64,000 nt of DNA from a virus, in the IMG/VR virus record IMGVR_UViG_3300035670_000026, positions 32,001 through 96,000 of that record. One strand, 5' to 3'. Below the pieces are notes generated by a model, which did no database searches, had not been told where the DNA came from, and was given only the letters and a program-made list of their open reading frames with translations. The position numbers were made by a program, and so were the translations under genes. Shown here piece by piece: positions 40,101 to 48,993 of this stretch (its first letter is position 1; each line of letters opens with the position of its first letter).

Positions 40101-41877
40101 AGCAGGTGCTTCTGGATTAAGCCGGACATCAGGTACAAGTGGTACTAGTGGTACTAATGGTAGTTCAGGTACTGCCGGTACAGCAGGAGCTTCAGGTAAT
40201 AGTAGAACATCAGGAACATCAGGTACTAGTGGAACAAATGGTTCTTCAGGTACAGCAGGTGTTGCAGGTATATCACAAACTTCAGGAACAAGTGGTACTA
40301 GCGGAACTAATGGTTCAGCAGGTACAGCTGGTAACTCAGGTCAATCAAGTACATCAGGAACTAGTGGTACTTCAGGTACTAATGGTTCAGCAGGTACAAA
40401 CGGTAACGCAGGTGTTTCAGGTTTAAGTTCAACTTCAGGCACTTCAGGAACAAGTGGTTCATCAGGAACTTCAGGTTTAGCTCGTACAGCAGGTTCAAGT
40501 TCAGCTTCTCAAACAAGTGGTACATCAGGTACAAGCGGTACTTCAGGTGCAACACAAACAGCCGGTTCTAGTTCTGCGTCACAAACTAGCGGAACAAGTG
40601 GTACTAGCGGAACTTCAGGTTCAACAGGAACTGCAGGACAAGCAGGTGCTTCACGGACCTCAGGTACAAGCGGTACAAGCGGAACTAACGGTTCTTCAGG
40701 TACTAATGGTGCTTCAGGAAATAGTAGAACTTCAGGTACTAGCGGTACAAGTGGTAGTACAGGTACAGGAGGTAATGCAGGTGCATCTCAAACAAGTGGT
40801 ACTAGTGGAACAAATGGTTCTTCTGGTACAAATGGAGCTTCAGGTAATAGTAGAACTTCAGGTACAAGCGGTACTTCAGGTACTAATGGTTCAGCAGGTA
40901 CAAACGGTAACGCAGGTGTTTCAGGTTTAAGTTCAACTTCAGGCACTTCAGGAACAAGTGGTTCAAGTGGTACCTCAGGTTTAGCACGTACTTCAGGAAC
41001 AAGTGGTACTAGTGGTACAGCAGGTTCTTCAGGTACAAATGGTGCCTCAGGAAATAGTAGAACATCAGGCACAAGTGGTACTTCAGGTACAAGTGGTTCA
41101 TTAGGTACTTCAGGTAACGCTGGAGGTAGTGGTGTAAGTAATACTTCAGGTACAAGTGGTACCTCAGGTTCAAGTGGTACTGGTGGTGCATCAGGTGCAA
41201 GTAGAACATCTGGTACTTCAGGTACTAGTGGTACAAGCGGTATTTCAGGTAATGTTGGTACAGCTGGTACTTACGTGTCTATAATCGCAGGAAATGGTTT
41301 AACTGGAGGTGGTCAATTAACTACAGATAGAACATTAGATGTAGGAGCAGGTATTGGTATAACAGTTAATGCAAATGATGTTGCTTTAGCATTAGTATCA
41401 AATAGCCCCCCAGAATTATTATATTGGGATGGTTCTCAATTTATAGAATTTACAAGTGGTCCTTTAAGTGCTGGTCCTAATTTCTTAGATGGTAACGGAC
41501 TAATCGATTTAAATAATTTCAATAACTTCTCAGCTAATAGTAAATCGTTTGATATTGTTCACCCAACAAAAGGCGAACCTTGGAGATTAAGATATGGTGT
41601 TTTAGAAGGTCCTGAACATGGTGTTTACTTTAGAGGTTATACAACTGAAAAAGTAATCGAATTACCTGATTACTGGACTGGATTAGTACACGATAATAGC
41701 TACACAGTACAATTAACTCCTGTAGGGAATTGTATGCACTACGTAGTAGAAATTAAAGATAATAAAGTACACATTGATTCAGCTTGTGGAGAAGTAACAT
41801 GTTATTACTTGATTCAAGCAGAAAGAAAAGATGTTGAAAAAGTACTTCTCGAATATAAAAGAGATACAAAAGGATAA
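34171..41877 (+). CDS. giant Gly-Thr-Ser triplet-repeat fibre protein (2568 aa)
   Basis: About 2240 aa of G-X-Y triplets; C-terminal KSFDIVHP..LEGPE.GVYFRG..AERKD domain of the kind found at phage fibre tips. Confidence 0.85.
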   Translation: MAQVRFLDQVPVGVYNVDPTGTGAGTIDIYQNGTLVSASVPYINISGSAEVLGFAPFGTNNGVTIYVSGVGFPFSGSAEITGSLVISGSETYPIIIQTLPVQDIEYVVTYNPITGTLGYVNATSGTSGISGTSGASGQSGTSGTSGTAGTTGTAGNSGNSQTSGTSGTSGTNGSSGTEGISGISATSGTSGTSGSTGTSGNSENSGTSGTSGTSGTNGSAGTSGISENSGTSGTSGTSGTNGSLGTSGESQTSGTSGTSGTAGSSGTAGESGNSKTSGTSGTSGTSGTSGTSGTSGTNGSAGTAGISETSGTSGTSGTSGTNGSSGTAGESSISETSGTSGTSGTSGTAGSSGTAGESGISETSGTSGTSGTNGSAGTAGASQTSGTSGTSGTSGTNGSSGTSGESNVSGTSGTSGTSGSTGTSGTSGNDGTSGISSTSGTSGTSGTSGTSGTTGTAGLDGFDGVSGASGSSGSSGTSGTSGSVGTAGTSGVSQTAGTSGTSGTSGTNGTAGTSGNSQTSGTSGTSGSSGTSGEDGTSGTSGISATSGTSGTNGSNGTAGAAGQSGASATSGTSGTSGSTGTSGLSGNSDSSGTSGTSGTSGTSGTAGSAGTAGTAGNSETAGTSGTSGTSGTNGSAGTSGNSETSGTSGTSGTSGTNGSAGTAGATGQSGASATSGTSGTSGSTGTSGLSGNSETSGTSGTSGTSGTSGTTGSSGTAGESGTSETSGTSGTSGTSGTNGSSGTAGISGNSETSGTSGTSGTSGTNGSAGTAGVAGQSGASATSGTSGTSGSTGTSGLAGVSETSGTSGTSGTSGTSGTTGSSGTVGESGTSGTSGTSGTSGTSGTSGTSGTNGSSGTSGESGTSATSGTSGTSGTNGSSGTAGAAGQSGASATSGTSGTSGSTGTSGLAGESKTSGTSGTSGTSGTNGSSGTAGESGNSETSGTSGTSGTSGTSGTNGSSGTAGASGNSETSGTSGTSGTSGTNGSTGTAGAAGQSGASATSGTSGTSGSTGTSGLAGESKTSGTSGTSGTNGSAGTAGASQTSGTSGTSGTNGSVGTAGVAGISETSGTSGTSGTNGSAGTTGTSQTSGTSGTSGTNGSAGTAGAAGQSGASATSGTSGTSGSTGTSGLSSDSGSAGTSGTSGTSGTSGTNGSSGTAGASGNSRTSGTSGTSGTNGSAGTSGISDISGTSGTSGTSGTSGTNGSNGTAGAAGQSGASATSGTSGTSGSTGTSGLAGESKTSGTSGTSGTNGSAGTAGASQTSGTSGTSGTNGSAGTAGAAGLSRTSGTSGTSGTNGSAGTAGNSGNSQTSGTSGTSGTNGSTGTAGAAGQSGASATSGTSGTSGSTGTSGLAGASQTSGTSGTSGTSGTSGTNGSVGTAGISGDSKTSGTSGTSGTNGSSGTNGNAGVSGLSSTSGTSGTSGSSGTSGLARTSGTSSTSGTSGTSGTNGSSGTAGASGNSQTSGTSGTSGTTGSAGTAGQSGNSQTSGTSGTSGTSGTNGSSGTAGAAGLSRTSGTSGTSGTNGSNGTSGNAGTAGASATSGTSGTSGTNGSSGTNGNAGVSGLSSTSGTSGTSGSSGTSGLAQNSGTSGTSGTSGTNGSAGTNGASGNSRTSGTSGTSGTAGTSGTAGASGNSQTSGTSGTSGTAGSAGTAGTAGASGDSKTSGTSGTSGTNGSAGTAGAAGLSQTSGTSGTSGTNGSTGTAGVSGNSRTAGTSGTSGTSGTNGSNGTSGNAGVSGLSSTSGTSGTSGSSGTSGLAQTAGSSSASQTSGTSGTSGTSGATQTAGSSSSSQTSGTSGTSGTNGSSGTAGASGNSRTSGTSGTSGTNGSAGTAGSSQTSGTSGTSGTAGSNGTAGVAGASQTSGTSGTSGTNGSAGTAGASGLSRTSGTSGTSGTNGSSGTNGNAGVSGLSSTSGTSGTSGSSGTSGLAQNSGTSGTSGTSGTNGSSGTNGAAGNSRTSGTSGTSGTAGSAGTNGTAGASGLSRTSGTSGTSGTNGSSGTAGTAGASGNSRTSGTSGTSGTNGSSGTAGVAGISQTSGTSGTSGTNGSAGTAGNSGQSSTSGTSGTSGTNGSAGTNGNAGVSGLSSTSGTSGTSGSSGTSGLARTAGSSSASQTSGTSGTSGTSGATQTAGSSSASQTSGTSGTSGTSGSTGTAGQAGASRTSGTSGTSGTNGSSGTNGASGNSRTSGTSGTSGSTGTGGNAGASQTSGTSGTNGSSGTNGASGNSRTSGTSGTSGTNGSAGTNGNAGVSGLSSTSGTSGTSGSSGTSGLARTSGTSGTSGTAGSSGTNGASGNSRTSGTSGTSGTSGSLGTSGNAGGSGVSNTSGTSGTSGSSGTGGASGASRTSGTSGTSGTSGISGNVGTAGTYVSIIAGNGLTGGGQLTTDRTLDVGAGIGITVNANDVALALVSNSPPELLYWDGSQFIEFTSGPLSAGPNFLDGNGLIDLNNFNNFSANSKSFDIVHPTKGEPWRLRYGVLEGPEHGVYFRGYTTEKVIELPDYWTGLVHDNSYTVQLTPVGNCMHYVVEIKDNKVHIDSACGEVTCYYLIQAERKDVEKVLLEYKRDTKG
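34541..41270 (+). repeat. degenerate 9-bp coding repeat (GGT ACT TCA / GGT ACA AGT)
   Basis: Directly visible; the synonymous codons vary widely. Confidence 0.95.
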
Positions 41878-41899
41878 AATATTTATATAAAAACATTAA

Positions 41900-44800
41900 A
41901 TGGCTAAAAATGTAACCATAATACCAGGTTCGGGTTCGTTAGAATTTACAGATTCTAATGGCAAGTCAATTAAAATGGTTCTTACCGGATCATTAAATGA
42001 CACTTTAATGTTTGTAAGTGGTAGTGTTCCTATTATGGAAATAAATCCCACTAATGGTTTGGATACAAATAAACCTCCTAAATTTAATGAGGTACCAGAA
42101 GACAATAATTTACCAAATTACCTTGTATACAACGTAAATAATGGGTCTATAGGTTATAGATCAATAGCAAATGGTTCATCTGGTACAGCAGGTACTACAG
42201 GCACTAGTGGACCAAGTAGAACATCAGGCACATCAGGCACATCAGGAACAAACGGTTCTGCTGGTACAAATGGAGCATCAGGAGCAAGCCGTACTTCAGG
42301 TACATCAGGAACAAGTGGTACAGCAGGTAGTGCGGGTACTAGTGGTGCTGCACGGACAGCAGGTTCAAGCTCAGCATCACAAACTTCAGGTACAAGTGGT
42401 ACAAGCGGTACTTCAGGAGCTACTCAAAACGCTGGTTCTAGTTCTGCATCACGGACTTCAGGTACATCCGGTACTAGTGGAACAAATGGTTCTACAGGTA
42501 CAAATGGAGCCGCAGGTGCTTCAGGTACTTCTAGAACCTCAGGTACTAGTGGTACAAATGGTAGTGCTGGTACAAATGGTAATGCCGGTGTCTCAGGGGC
42601 TAGTTCAACCTCAGGTACTTCAGGGACTAGTGGTTCCTCAGGCACTTCAGGTTTAGCACAGACCGCAGGTTCAAGCTCAAACAGCCGGACTTCAGGTACA
42701 AGTGGTACAAGCGGTACTTCAGGTGCTGCACGGAATGCTGGTACAAGCTCTGCATCTCAAACCTCAGGAACCTCAGGTACAAGCGGTACAAATGGTAGTA
42801 TAGGTACAGGAGGTGCAGCTGGAGCATCAGGACAATCACGGACTTCTGGTACAAGCGGAACTTCAGGTACAGCAGGTAGCGCAGGTACTTCAGGTGCTTC
42901 ACGTACTGCCGGTTCAAGCTCATCTTCACAAACCTCAGGAACTAGTGGTACAAGTGGTACCTCAGGAGCAACCCAATCTGCAGGTTCAAGCTCAGCATCA
43001 CAAACTTCAGGTACAAGCGGCACAAGCGGTACTAATGGTAGTGCTGGTACAAACGGAATAGCAGGAGCATCAGGTGTAAGCCGAACTTCAGGAACGTCAG
43101 GAACAAATGGCTCAAATGGTACTTCAGGTGCTAATGGGGCTTCAGGAAATAGTAGAACCTCAGGAACTAGTGGTACAAGCGGTACTAATGGTTCATCAGG
43201 TACAAATGGTAACGCAGGTGTTTCAGGAGTTTCTCCAACCTCAGGTACAAGTGGAACTAGTGGTTCTTCAGGAACAAGTGGTTTAGCACAGACCGCAGGT
43301 TCAAGCTCAAACAGCCGGACTTCAGGTACAAGTGGTACCTCAGGTACATCAGGAGCTGCACGGAATGCAGGTTCAAGTTCTGCAAGCTTTACTTCAGGTA
43401 CAAGTGGTACCTCAGGAACAAATGGTAGTGCAGGTACAGGAGGTGCAGCTGGAGCATCAGGACAATCACGAACTTCTGGTACTTCAGGAACAAACGGTTC
43501 AGCAGGTACAAACGGAGCTTCAGGAGCTTCACGAACTTCAGGCACTAGTGGTACTTCAGGTACAGCAGGTAGCGCAGGTACTTCAGGTGCTGCACGGACA
43601 GCAGGTTCAAGTTCATCATCTCAAACCTCAGGTACAACAGGTACAAGTGGTACCTCAGGAGCAACCCAATCTGCAGGTTCAAGTTCTGCATCACGGACTT
43701 CAGGTACTTCCGGTACCTCAGGTACAAATGGTTCAGCTGGTACTAATGGCAACGCCGGTGCTTCAGGCGTAAGCCGGACTTCAGGTACTTCAGGTACAAA
43801 TGGTTCAAGTGGTACTTCAGGAGCAAATGGTGCCTCTGGAGTATCAAGAACTTCCGGAACTAGTGGTACTAATGGCTCTTCAGGTACAAGTGGTAATGCT
43901 GGAGCTTCAGGAGTTGCTTCAACTTCAGGCACAAGTGGTACTTCAGGTTCTTCAGGTACTTCAGGTTTAGCACGAACAGCAGGACAAAGTACCTCATCTC
44001 AAACCTCAGGTACAAGTGGTACAAATGGTTCAAGTGGTGCTGGTAGAACAGCTGGTACAAGTTCAGCATCACAAACTTCAGGTACAAGCGGCACAAGCGG
44101 TACTTCAGGTGCTGTACAAACAGCAGGTTCAAGCTCAAACAGTCGGACTTCAGGTACAACAGGTACTTCAGGAACATCAGGTGCAAACCAAAATGCTGGT
44201 TCAAGCTCAGCATCACGGACTTCAGGTACATCAGGTACTTCAGGTACAAATGGTAGTTCGGGTACTTCAGGTATTTCAGGTGCTGCTGGTGTAAGTGGAG
44301 CAAGCCAAACCTCAGGTACAACAGGTACAAGTGGTACCTCAGGAGCAACCCAATCTGCAGGTTCAAGTTCTGCATCACGGACTTCAGGAACAAGTGGCAC
44401 TTCAGGAACGTCAGGAGCTACACGGACATCAGGTTCAAGTTCATTATCACAAACCTCAGGTACAAGTGGTACAAATGGTTCAAGTGGTGCTGGTAGAACA
44501 GCTGGTACAAGTACCGCCTCTCAAACTAGTGGTACAAGTGGTACAAGTGGTACAGGAGGTGCAACTACAAACGCAGGTGCTAGTTCAGCATCACGGACTT
44601 CAGGCACAAGTGGTACTAGCGGTACTTCTGGACAAGGACGGAGTGCAGGTACAAGTACAGCAAGTTTTACCTCAGGCACATCAGGTACAAGTGGTTCAAC
44701 AGGTGCTGCACGTACTGCAGGACAAAGTACAGCATCACAAACCTCAGGTACTTCAGGTTCAAGTGGAACATCAGGTGCGGCCACAGTCGCAGGTTCAAGT

Positions 44801-45328
44801 TCAAACAGCCGAACTTCAGGTACAACAGGTACTTCAGGAACATCAGGTGCTGCTAGAACAGCTGGACAAAGTTCAGCAAGCCGGACTTCAGGAACCAATG
44901 GTACATCAGGTACTTCAGGTGCTGCAAGAACTTCAGGTACAAGTTCAGCTTCTGGAACTTCAGGAACAAGTGGCGTATCAGGTACCTCAGGTTTATCATT
45001 TAATGGTACTAGTGGTATTAGTGGTGGTGTATTTACTAACCAACCAGATTATTTAGTTAAAACTACAGGAACAACTACAATACAAAGTGTATCATTTTTA
45101 TCAGTTTCAGGTGCTACTTTAAATGTAACAGGTACTGTTGCTACTAGTTTTTTACAAGTAGATAATGCAGGTGGGTTTTTTAATTTTCAACCCCCAGGTG
45201 GTCCTAACGGAGTAGATCAAGTTTATACAAATATAAACCCAAATTTTGTATTAGGTGAACCAGATGTTTGGTTGATAGTAAACGTAAATGGAATTGATTA
45301 TGTATTTCCGGGATATGCAGCTCCGTAA
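41900..45328 (+). CDS. second Gly-Thr-Ser triplet-repeat fibre protein (1142 aa)
   Basis: About 950 aa of triplet repeats with unique N- and C-termini. Confidence 0.85.
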   Translation: MAKNVTIIPGSGSLEFTDSNGKSIKMVLTGSLNDTLMFVSGSVPIMEINPTNGLDTNKPPKFNEVPEDNNLPNYLVYNVNNGSIGYRSIANGSSGTAGTTGTSGPSRTSGTSGTSGTNGSAGTNGASGASRTSGTSGTSGTAGSAGTSGAARTAGSSSASQTSGTSGTSGTSGATQNAGSSSASRTSGTSGTSGTNGSTGTNGAAGASGTSRTSGTSGTNGSAGTNGNAGVSGASSTSGTSGTSGSSGTSGLAQTAGSSSNSRTSGTSGTSGTSGAARNAGTSSASQTSGTSGTSGTNGSIGTGGAAGASGQSRTSGTSGTSGTAGSAGTSGASRTAGSSSSSQTSGTSGTSGTSGATQSAGSSSASQTSGTSGTSGTNGSAGTNGIAGASGVSRTSGTSGTNGSNGTSGANGASGNSRTSGTSGTSGTNGSSGTNGNAGVSGVSPTSGTSGTSGSSGTSGLAQTAGSSSNSRTSGTSGTSGTSGAARNAGSSSASFTSGTSGTSGTNGSAGTGGAAGASGQSRTSGTSGTNGSAGTNGASGASRTSGTSGTSGTAGSAGTSGAARTAGSSSSSQTSGTTGTSGTSGATQSAGSSSASRTSGTSGTSGTNGSAGTNGNAGASGVSRTSGTSGTNGSSGTSGANGASGVSRTSGTSGTNGSSGTSGNAGASGVASTSGTSGTSGSSGTSGLARTAGQSTSSQTSGTSGTNGSSGAGRTAGTSSASQTSGTSGTSGTSGAVQTAGSSSNSRTSGTTGTSGTSGANQNAGSSSASRTSGTSGTSGTNGSSGTSGISGAAGVSGASQTSGTTGTSGTSGATQSAGSSSASRTSGTSGTSGTSGATRTSGSSSLSQTSGTSGTNGSSGAGRTAGTSTASQTSGTSGTSGTGGATTNAGASSASRTSGTSGTSGTSGQGRSAGTSTASFTSGTSGTSGSTGAARTAGQSTASQTSGTSGSSGTSGAATVAGSSSNSRTSGTTGTSGTSGAARTAGQSSASRTSGTNGTSGTSGAARTSGTSSASGTSGTSGVSGTSGLSFNGTSGISGGVFTNQPDYLVKTTGTTTIQSVSFLSVSGATLNVTGTVATSFLQVDNAGGFFNFQPPGGPNGVDQVYTNINPNFVLGEPDVWLIVNVNGIDYVFPGYAAP
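42173..45030 (+). repeat. degenerate 9-bp coding repeat
   Basis: Directly visible. Confidence 0.95.
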
Positions 45329-45333
45329 TTAAA

Positions 45334-45365
45334 CTTGGATATTTAAATATTTTTATTTATATTTA
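45334..45365 (+). promoter_or_regulatory. Bacteroidota sigma-A-like promoter for the glycosyltransferase cassette
   Basis: CTTG(45334)-N20-TATATTTA(45358), same spacing as at 13866. Confidence 0.45.
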
Positions 45366-45381
45366 TTGGAAATATTCTGTT

Positions 45382-47373
45382 ATGAAAAAATTGTTATATA
45401 TTGCTCCACATTTATCTACAGGTGGACTACCTCAATATTTAACTAAAAAAATTGAATTACTTAAAGATGAATTCGACATCTACCTTGTAGAATGGGCAGA
45501 TGTTACGGGTGGTGTTTTAGTAGTAACACGAAATAAAATTCTTAAATTAGTTAAACCTGATAATTTTTTTACATTAGGTGAAAATAAAATAGAATTAATT
45601 GATATAATTAATCGTGTTCAACCCGATATTGTTCATACTGAAGAAATTCCTGAGTTTTATATGGATTTTGATGTAGCATCTAAATTATATAAAACAGACC
45701 GCAAATATATTATTGTAGAAACCTCACACGATTCATCATTTGATACAACCCAGAAAAAATTTTACCCAGATAAATTTATGTTTGTATCAAATTGGCAAAT
45801 TGAACAATATAAAGATATTGATATTCCACGCGTATTAGTCGAATATCCTATCGAATATATTGAACGCCCTAACCGCGAAGAGGCACTGCGTAAATTACAA
45901 TTAGACCCCGCTAAAAAACACATTTTACACGTTGGGTTATATACCTCTCGCAAAAATCAAGCTGAATTTTTTGAATATGCTCGTTCAATGCCTGAATATG
46001 AATTTCATAGTTTAGGTAATAGAGCTGATAATTTTAAATGGTATTGGGAACCATTATCTAATGATACTCCTCCAAATTTAACCTGGTGGAATGAACGCAC
46101 AGATGTAGATGCTTTTTATCAAGCAATGGATTTATTTTTATTTACATCTCGTGGTTCAGCAAATGATAAAGAAACAATGCCTTTAGTTATTCGTGAAGCA
46201 ATTTCATACCAAACTCCAGTTTTGATTTATAATTTAGGTGTTTATCAAAATTATTTTGATAAATTTAAAGGAGTAAAATATCTTGAATTTGATAATTTTG
46301 AAAAAAATTGTGAATTAATTAAAGAAGTTGTAGAAACAAAAGAAACAATCGATATTGAACAAGAAGCAATTATTATTTCTACATATCCTATTCAACAAAG
46401 TGTAATAGATTCTACAAAAGAATGCATTGAATCTTTTAAACAAACAGGAAGAAAAATTATATTAACTTCTCACGTTCCTATTCCTGAAGAATTACAAGAA
46501 TTAGTTGATTATTGTGTTTATGATAAAAATAATTTATTAACTAAACACGATTTTTATTATCATTGCTGGGTTGATTATGGACATTTTAAAGTAAATACAA
46601 TTTTACAAGGTGAAGACAATGATGTTTATCATGGTCCTGCTGTTTATACAAATTATTATAACGCAGCTTCATTAGCAAAAAATATAGGAACTAAAAAATT
46701 ATTTTTTATTAATTACGACTATATCCTTACTAACCCAGAATTTATAAATGAAATTTCTTTTAAATTAAATAAGAAAAAAGCATTTGTTGATGAAAGAAAA
46801 TATTCAGAGGGTGAAGTAAGTAGTACTTTCTTTATAGGTATTCAAACAGATTTATTCTTTAAAACTCACGAATTTATTTCTACAGCTGCTGGATATGATA
46901 ATTTAAAACATAAAGTAGGTAGTTTATCTAATGGTTATGAAAATATATTCTATTTTGCTTTACAACCTTTTAGAAATCAAATTCATATAGAATCAGCTGA
47001 AAATTGGGATAAATTAATTAGTGAAAATTTTAAACACAATAATTTTTCTCGTATAGAATATACTACTGTTTTACCAACTAATGTTGAAAATCATTTTGCT
47101 ATTTACTATCAAAATTCAAATGAAGTAGATAGTAGAAATTTAGTTGTAAGCGCTATAGAAGAAGGACAAGAAATTTTTAATGAAACTATTAACATTACTA
47201 GTAAATTTGCTTGGTATAGACTTCATCAAATCAATGATAAAGAACTTATAATTAATTTTGAGTTTTATGATGCTCATAATAATAAGTTTTTAAGTAAAAA
47301 AACTATTGTTGTAAATAAAGATTACATTGATAATAAATTACAAACAAACGGACTTTTAGAAAAAGTATTATGA
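45382..47373 (+). CDS. GT4-like (GT-B) glycosyltransferase fused to a second GT-like domain
   Basis: HLSTGGLPQY, VGLYTSRKNQ, DLFLFTS..ETMPLVIREA; second domain IILTSH..VDYCVYD. Confidence 0.85.
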   Translation: MKKLLYIAPHLSTGGLPQYLTKKIELLKDEFDIYLVEWADVTGGVLVVTRNKILKLVKPDNFFTLGENKIELIDIINRVQPDIVHTEEIPEFYMDFDVASKLYKTDRKYIIVETSHDSSFDTTQKKFYPDKFMFVSNWQIEQYKDIDIPRVLVEYPIEYIERPNREEALRKLQLDPAKKHILHVGLYTSRKNQAEFFEYARSMPEYEFHSLGNRADNFKWYWEPLSNDTPPNLTWWNERTDVDAFYQAMDLFLFTSRGSANDKETMPLVIREAISYQTPVLIYNLGVYQNYFDKFKGVKYLEFDNFEKNCELIKEVVETKETIDIEQEAIIISTYPIQQSVIDSTKECIESFKQTGRKIILTSHVPIPEELQELVDYCVYDKNNLLTKHDFYYHCWVDYGHFKVNTILQGEDNDVYHGPAVYTNYYNAASLAKNIGTKKLFFINYDYILTNPEFINEISFKLNKKKAFVDERKYSEGEVSSTFFIGIQTDLFFKTHEFISTAAGYDNLKHKVGSLSNGYENIFYFALQPFRNQIHIESAENWDKLISENFKHNNFSRIEYTTVLPTNVENHFAIYYQNSNEVDSRNLVVSAIEEGQEIFNETINITSKFAWYRLHQINDKELIINFEFYDAHNNKFLSKKTIVVNKDYIDNKLQTNGLLEKVL

Positions 47374-48317
47374 AAATATGCCAAGTAAATCCAGGTTGTG
47401 GTATTCCTATTCCTCCTCCAGCATGGGGAGCAATTGAAAAAATTGTATGGGAATTTATGTGCAATCTAAAAAAATTAGGACACGAAGTAGATTTAAAATG
47501 GGCCAATGAAGTACAACCAGGTGAATATGATGTTGTGATGGTTCACGTTGCTAATTTAGCAATTGAATTAGCTAACAGAGGTATTCCCTATGTATTTCAA
47601 CATCACGACCACCATGCATATCATTACGGAAAAGATTCATTTATTTATAAAGAAAATAGAGAAGCAATGGAACGCTCTGTTTTTTCTTTAGTTCCTGCTC
47701 GTTATTTAGTTGAATATTTTGATTTACCTAATGTGTATTATTTTTCACACGGGGCGGATACAAAAAGTTTTTATCCAAATCAAACACCTCCATTAATGCA
47801 TAATTTATTAATGGTTGCAAATAATGGTTTAGGTGGTTATGGAGCATATGATAGAAAAGGATTTGGATTAGGAGTCCAAATAGCAATGTCTCGTAATTTA
47901 CCTATTACAATTGCTGGTCCTAAAAATAATGAAAAATGGCTTAAAGATAATCCTTGGGTATTAGGTTATCCTAAATTAACAATGGCTTGGGATATTCCAA
48001 ATGAGGAATTAAGACAACTTTATACATCACATACAATATTTTTACATCCAAGTGAATTAGAAGCTGGACATCCTAATTTAACCTTACTAGAGGCAGCAGC
48101 TTGTGGTTTACCTATTTTAGGATGGATTGAGATGGAAACTACATTTCATGGATTATGGAGAGCACCTCGTGATTTAAACTTGCTTCTTAAAGGATTAGAT
48201 GTTATTATTAATGAATATGGAGACTATAGACAACGTTCACTTAATACAGCAAAAGAATTATCATGGTTAAATCGCTCAAAAGAATTAATAGAATTATTTA
48301 AAAAACATGCGCACTAA
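47370..48317 (+). CDS. GT4-like glycosyltransferase
   Basis: IPPPAWGAIEKI, RKG, HPSELEAGHPNLTLLEAAACGLP. Confidence 0.9.
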   Translation: MKICQVNPGCGIPIPPPAWGAIEKIVWEFMCNLKKLGHEVDLKWANEVQPGEYDVVMVHVANLAIELANRGIPYVFQHHDHHAYHYGKDSFIYKENREAMERSVFSLVPARYLVEYFDLPNVYYFSHGADTKSFYPNQTPPLMHNLLMVANNGLGGYGAYDRKGFGLGVQIAMSRNLPITIAGPKNNEKWLKDNPWVLGYPKLTMAWDIPNEELRQLYTSHTIFLHPSELEAGHPNLTLLEAAACGLPILGWIEMETTFHGLWRAPRDLNLLLKGLDVIINEYGDYRQRSLNTAKELSWLNRSKELIELFKKHAH

Positions 48318-48993
48318 ATTTTATACAAAAAACGACCAAATAATTGATATTTCAACTTGGGATACATCCTTAAGCCAAAATGAAATGGGAGATAAATATG
48401 GTTGGGAAGGATCTATGGCTTTTGGAAATTTAATTCACGATGAATTAAATCAATGGGGTCCTGGTATGCAATATGGAGATATTTATCTTGATTTAGGAGC
48501 AAATATTGGTATGTCTGCTCTTAGAGCAGAATCAAAAGGTTGCTCAAAAATATACTGTGTAGAACCAGACCCAGGAGTATTTGAAGCTTTAAATAAAAAT
48601 AAAAACTATAATTGGATTGTTGATAATATAGCTATTGGTTCCGAAAGAGGATACATTGACATTCCAAAATGGCCTAACTGGTGGGATACTCAACCTATCC
48701 AATGTATTACTTTAGATGAATTTTTTGCAAAACATAATCTTACAAAAGTAGATTACATGAAAGTTGATATTGAAGGACATGAAAAATATGTTTTTAATAA
48801 TGTTAGTCAAATTACATGGGATAAAATTAATAAAATATTTTTTGAATTTCATGAAGATGTAGATACATTAAGCACTGAACAACGAAATGAAGAAAGAATA
48901 AAATTCTGCCAATTCTATTCAGATAAAGGTTTTAATAATCATCATGTCGATTTAGGATACTATCAAAGTTTTATTTATTTTTGGAAATCATGA
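48307..48993 (+). CDS. FkbM-family SAM methyltransferase
   Basis: LDLGANIG, CVEP, TLD, MKVDIEGHE, FEFH. Confidence 0.9.
   Translation: MRTKFYTKNDQIIDISTWDTSLSQNEMGDKYGWEGSMAFGNLIHDELNQWGPGMQYGDIYLDLGANIGMSALRAESKGCSKIYCVEPDPGVFEALNKNKNYNWIVDNIAIGSERGYIDIPKWPNWWDTQPIQCITLDEFFAKHNLTKVDYMKVDIEGHEKYVFNNVSQITWDKINKIFFEFHEDVDTLSTEQRNEERIKFCQFYSDKGFNNHHVDLGYYQSFIYFWKS

Noticed and set aside
34541-45030. Repeat region as a CRISPR array or non-coding satellite
   Set aside because: No constant repeat with unique spacers; variation is synonymous and preserves one long reading frame.
34532-45056. Dozens of alternative-frame and reverse-strand ORFs (VPEVPLVP..., VLQVQ..., YLKYL...)
   Set aside because: Shadows of the 9-bp GTS coding repeat, which has few stop codons in other frames; no independent starts or promoters.
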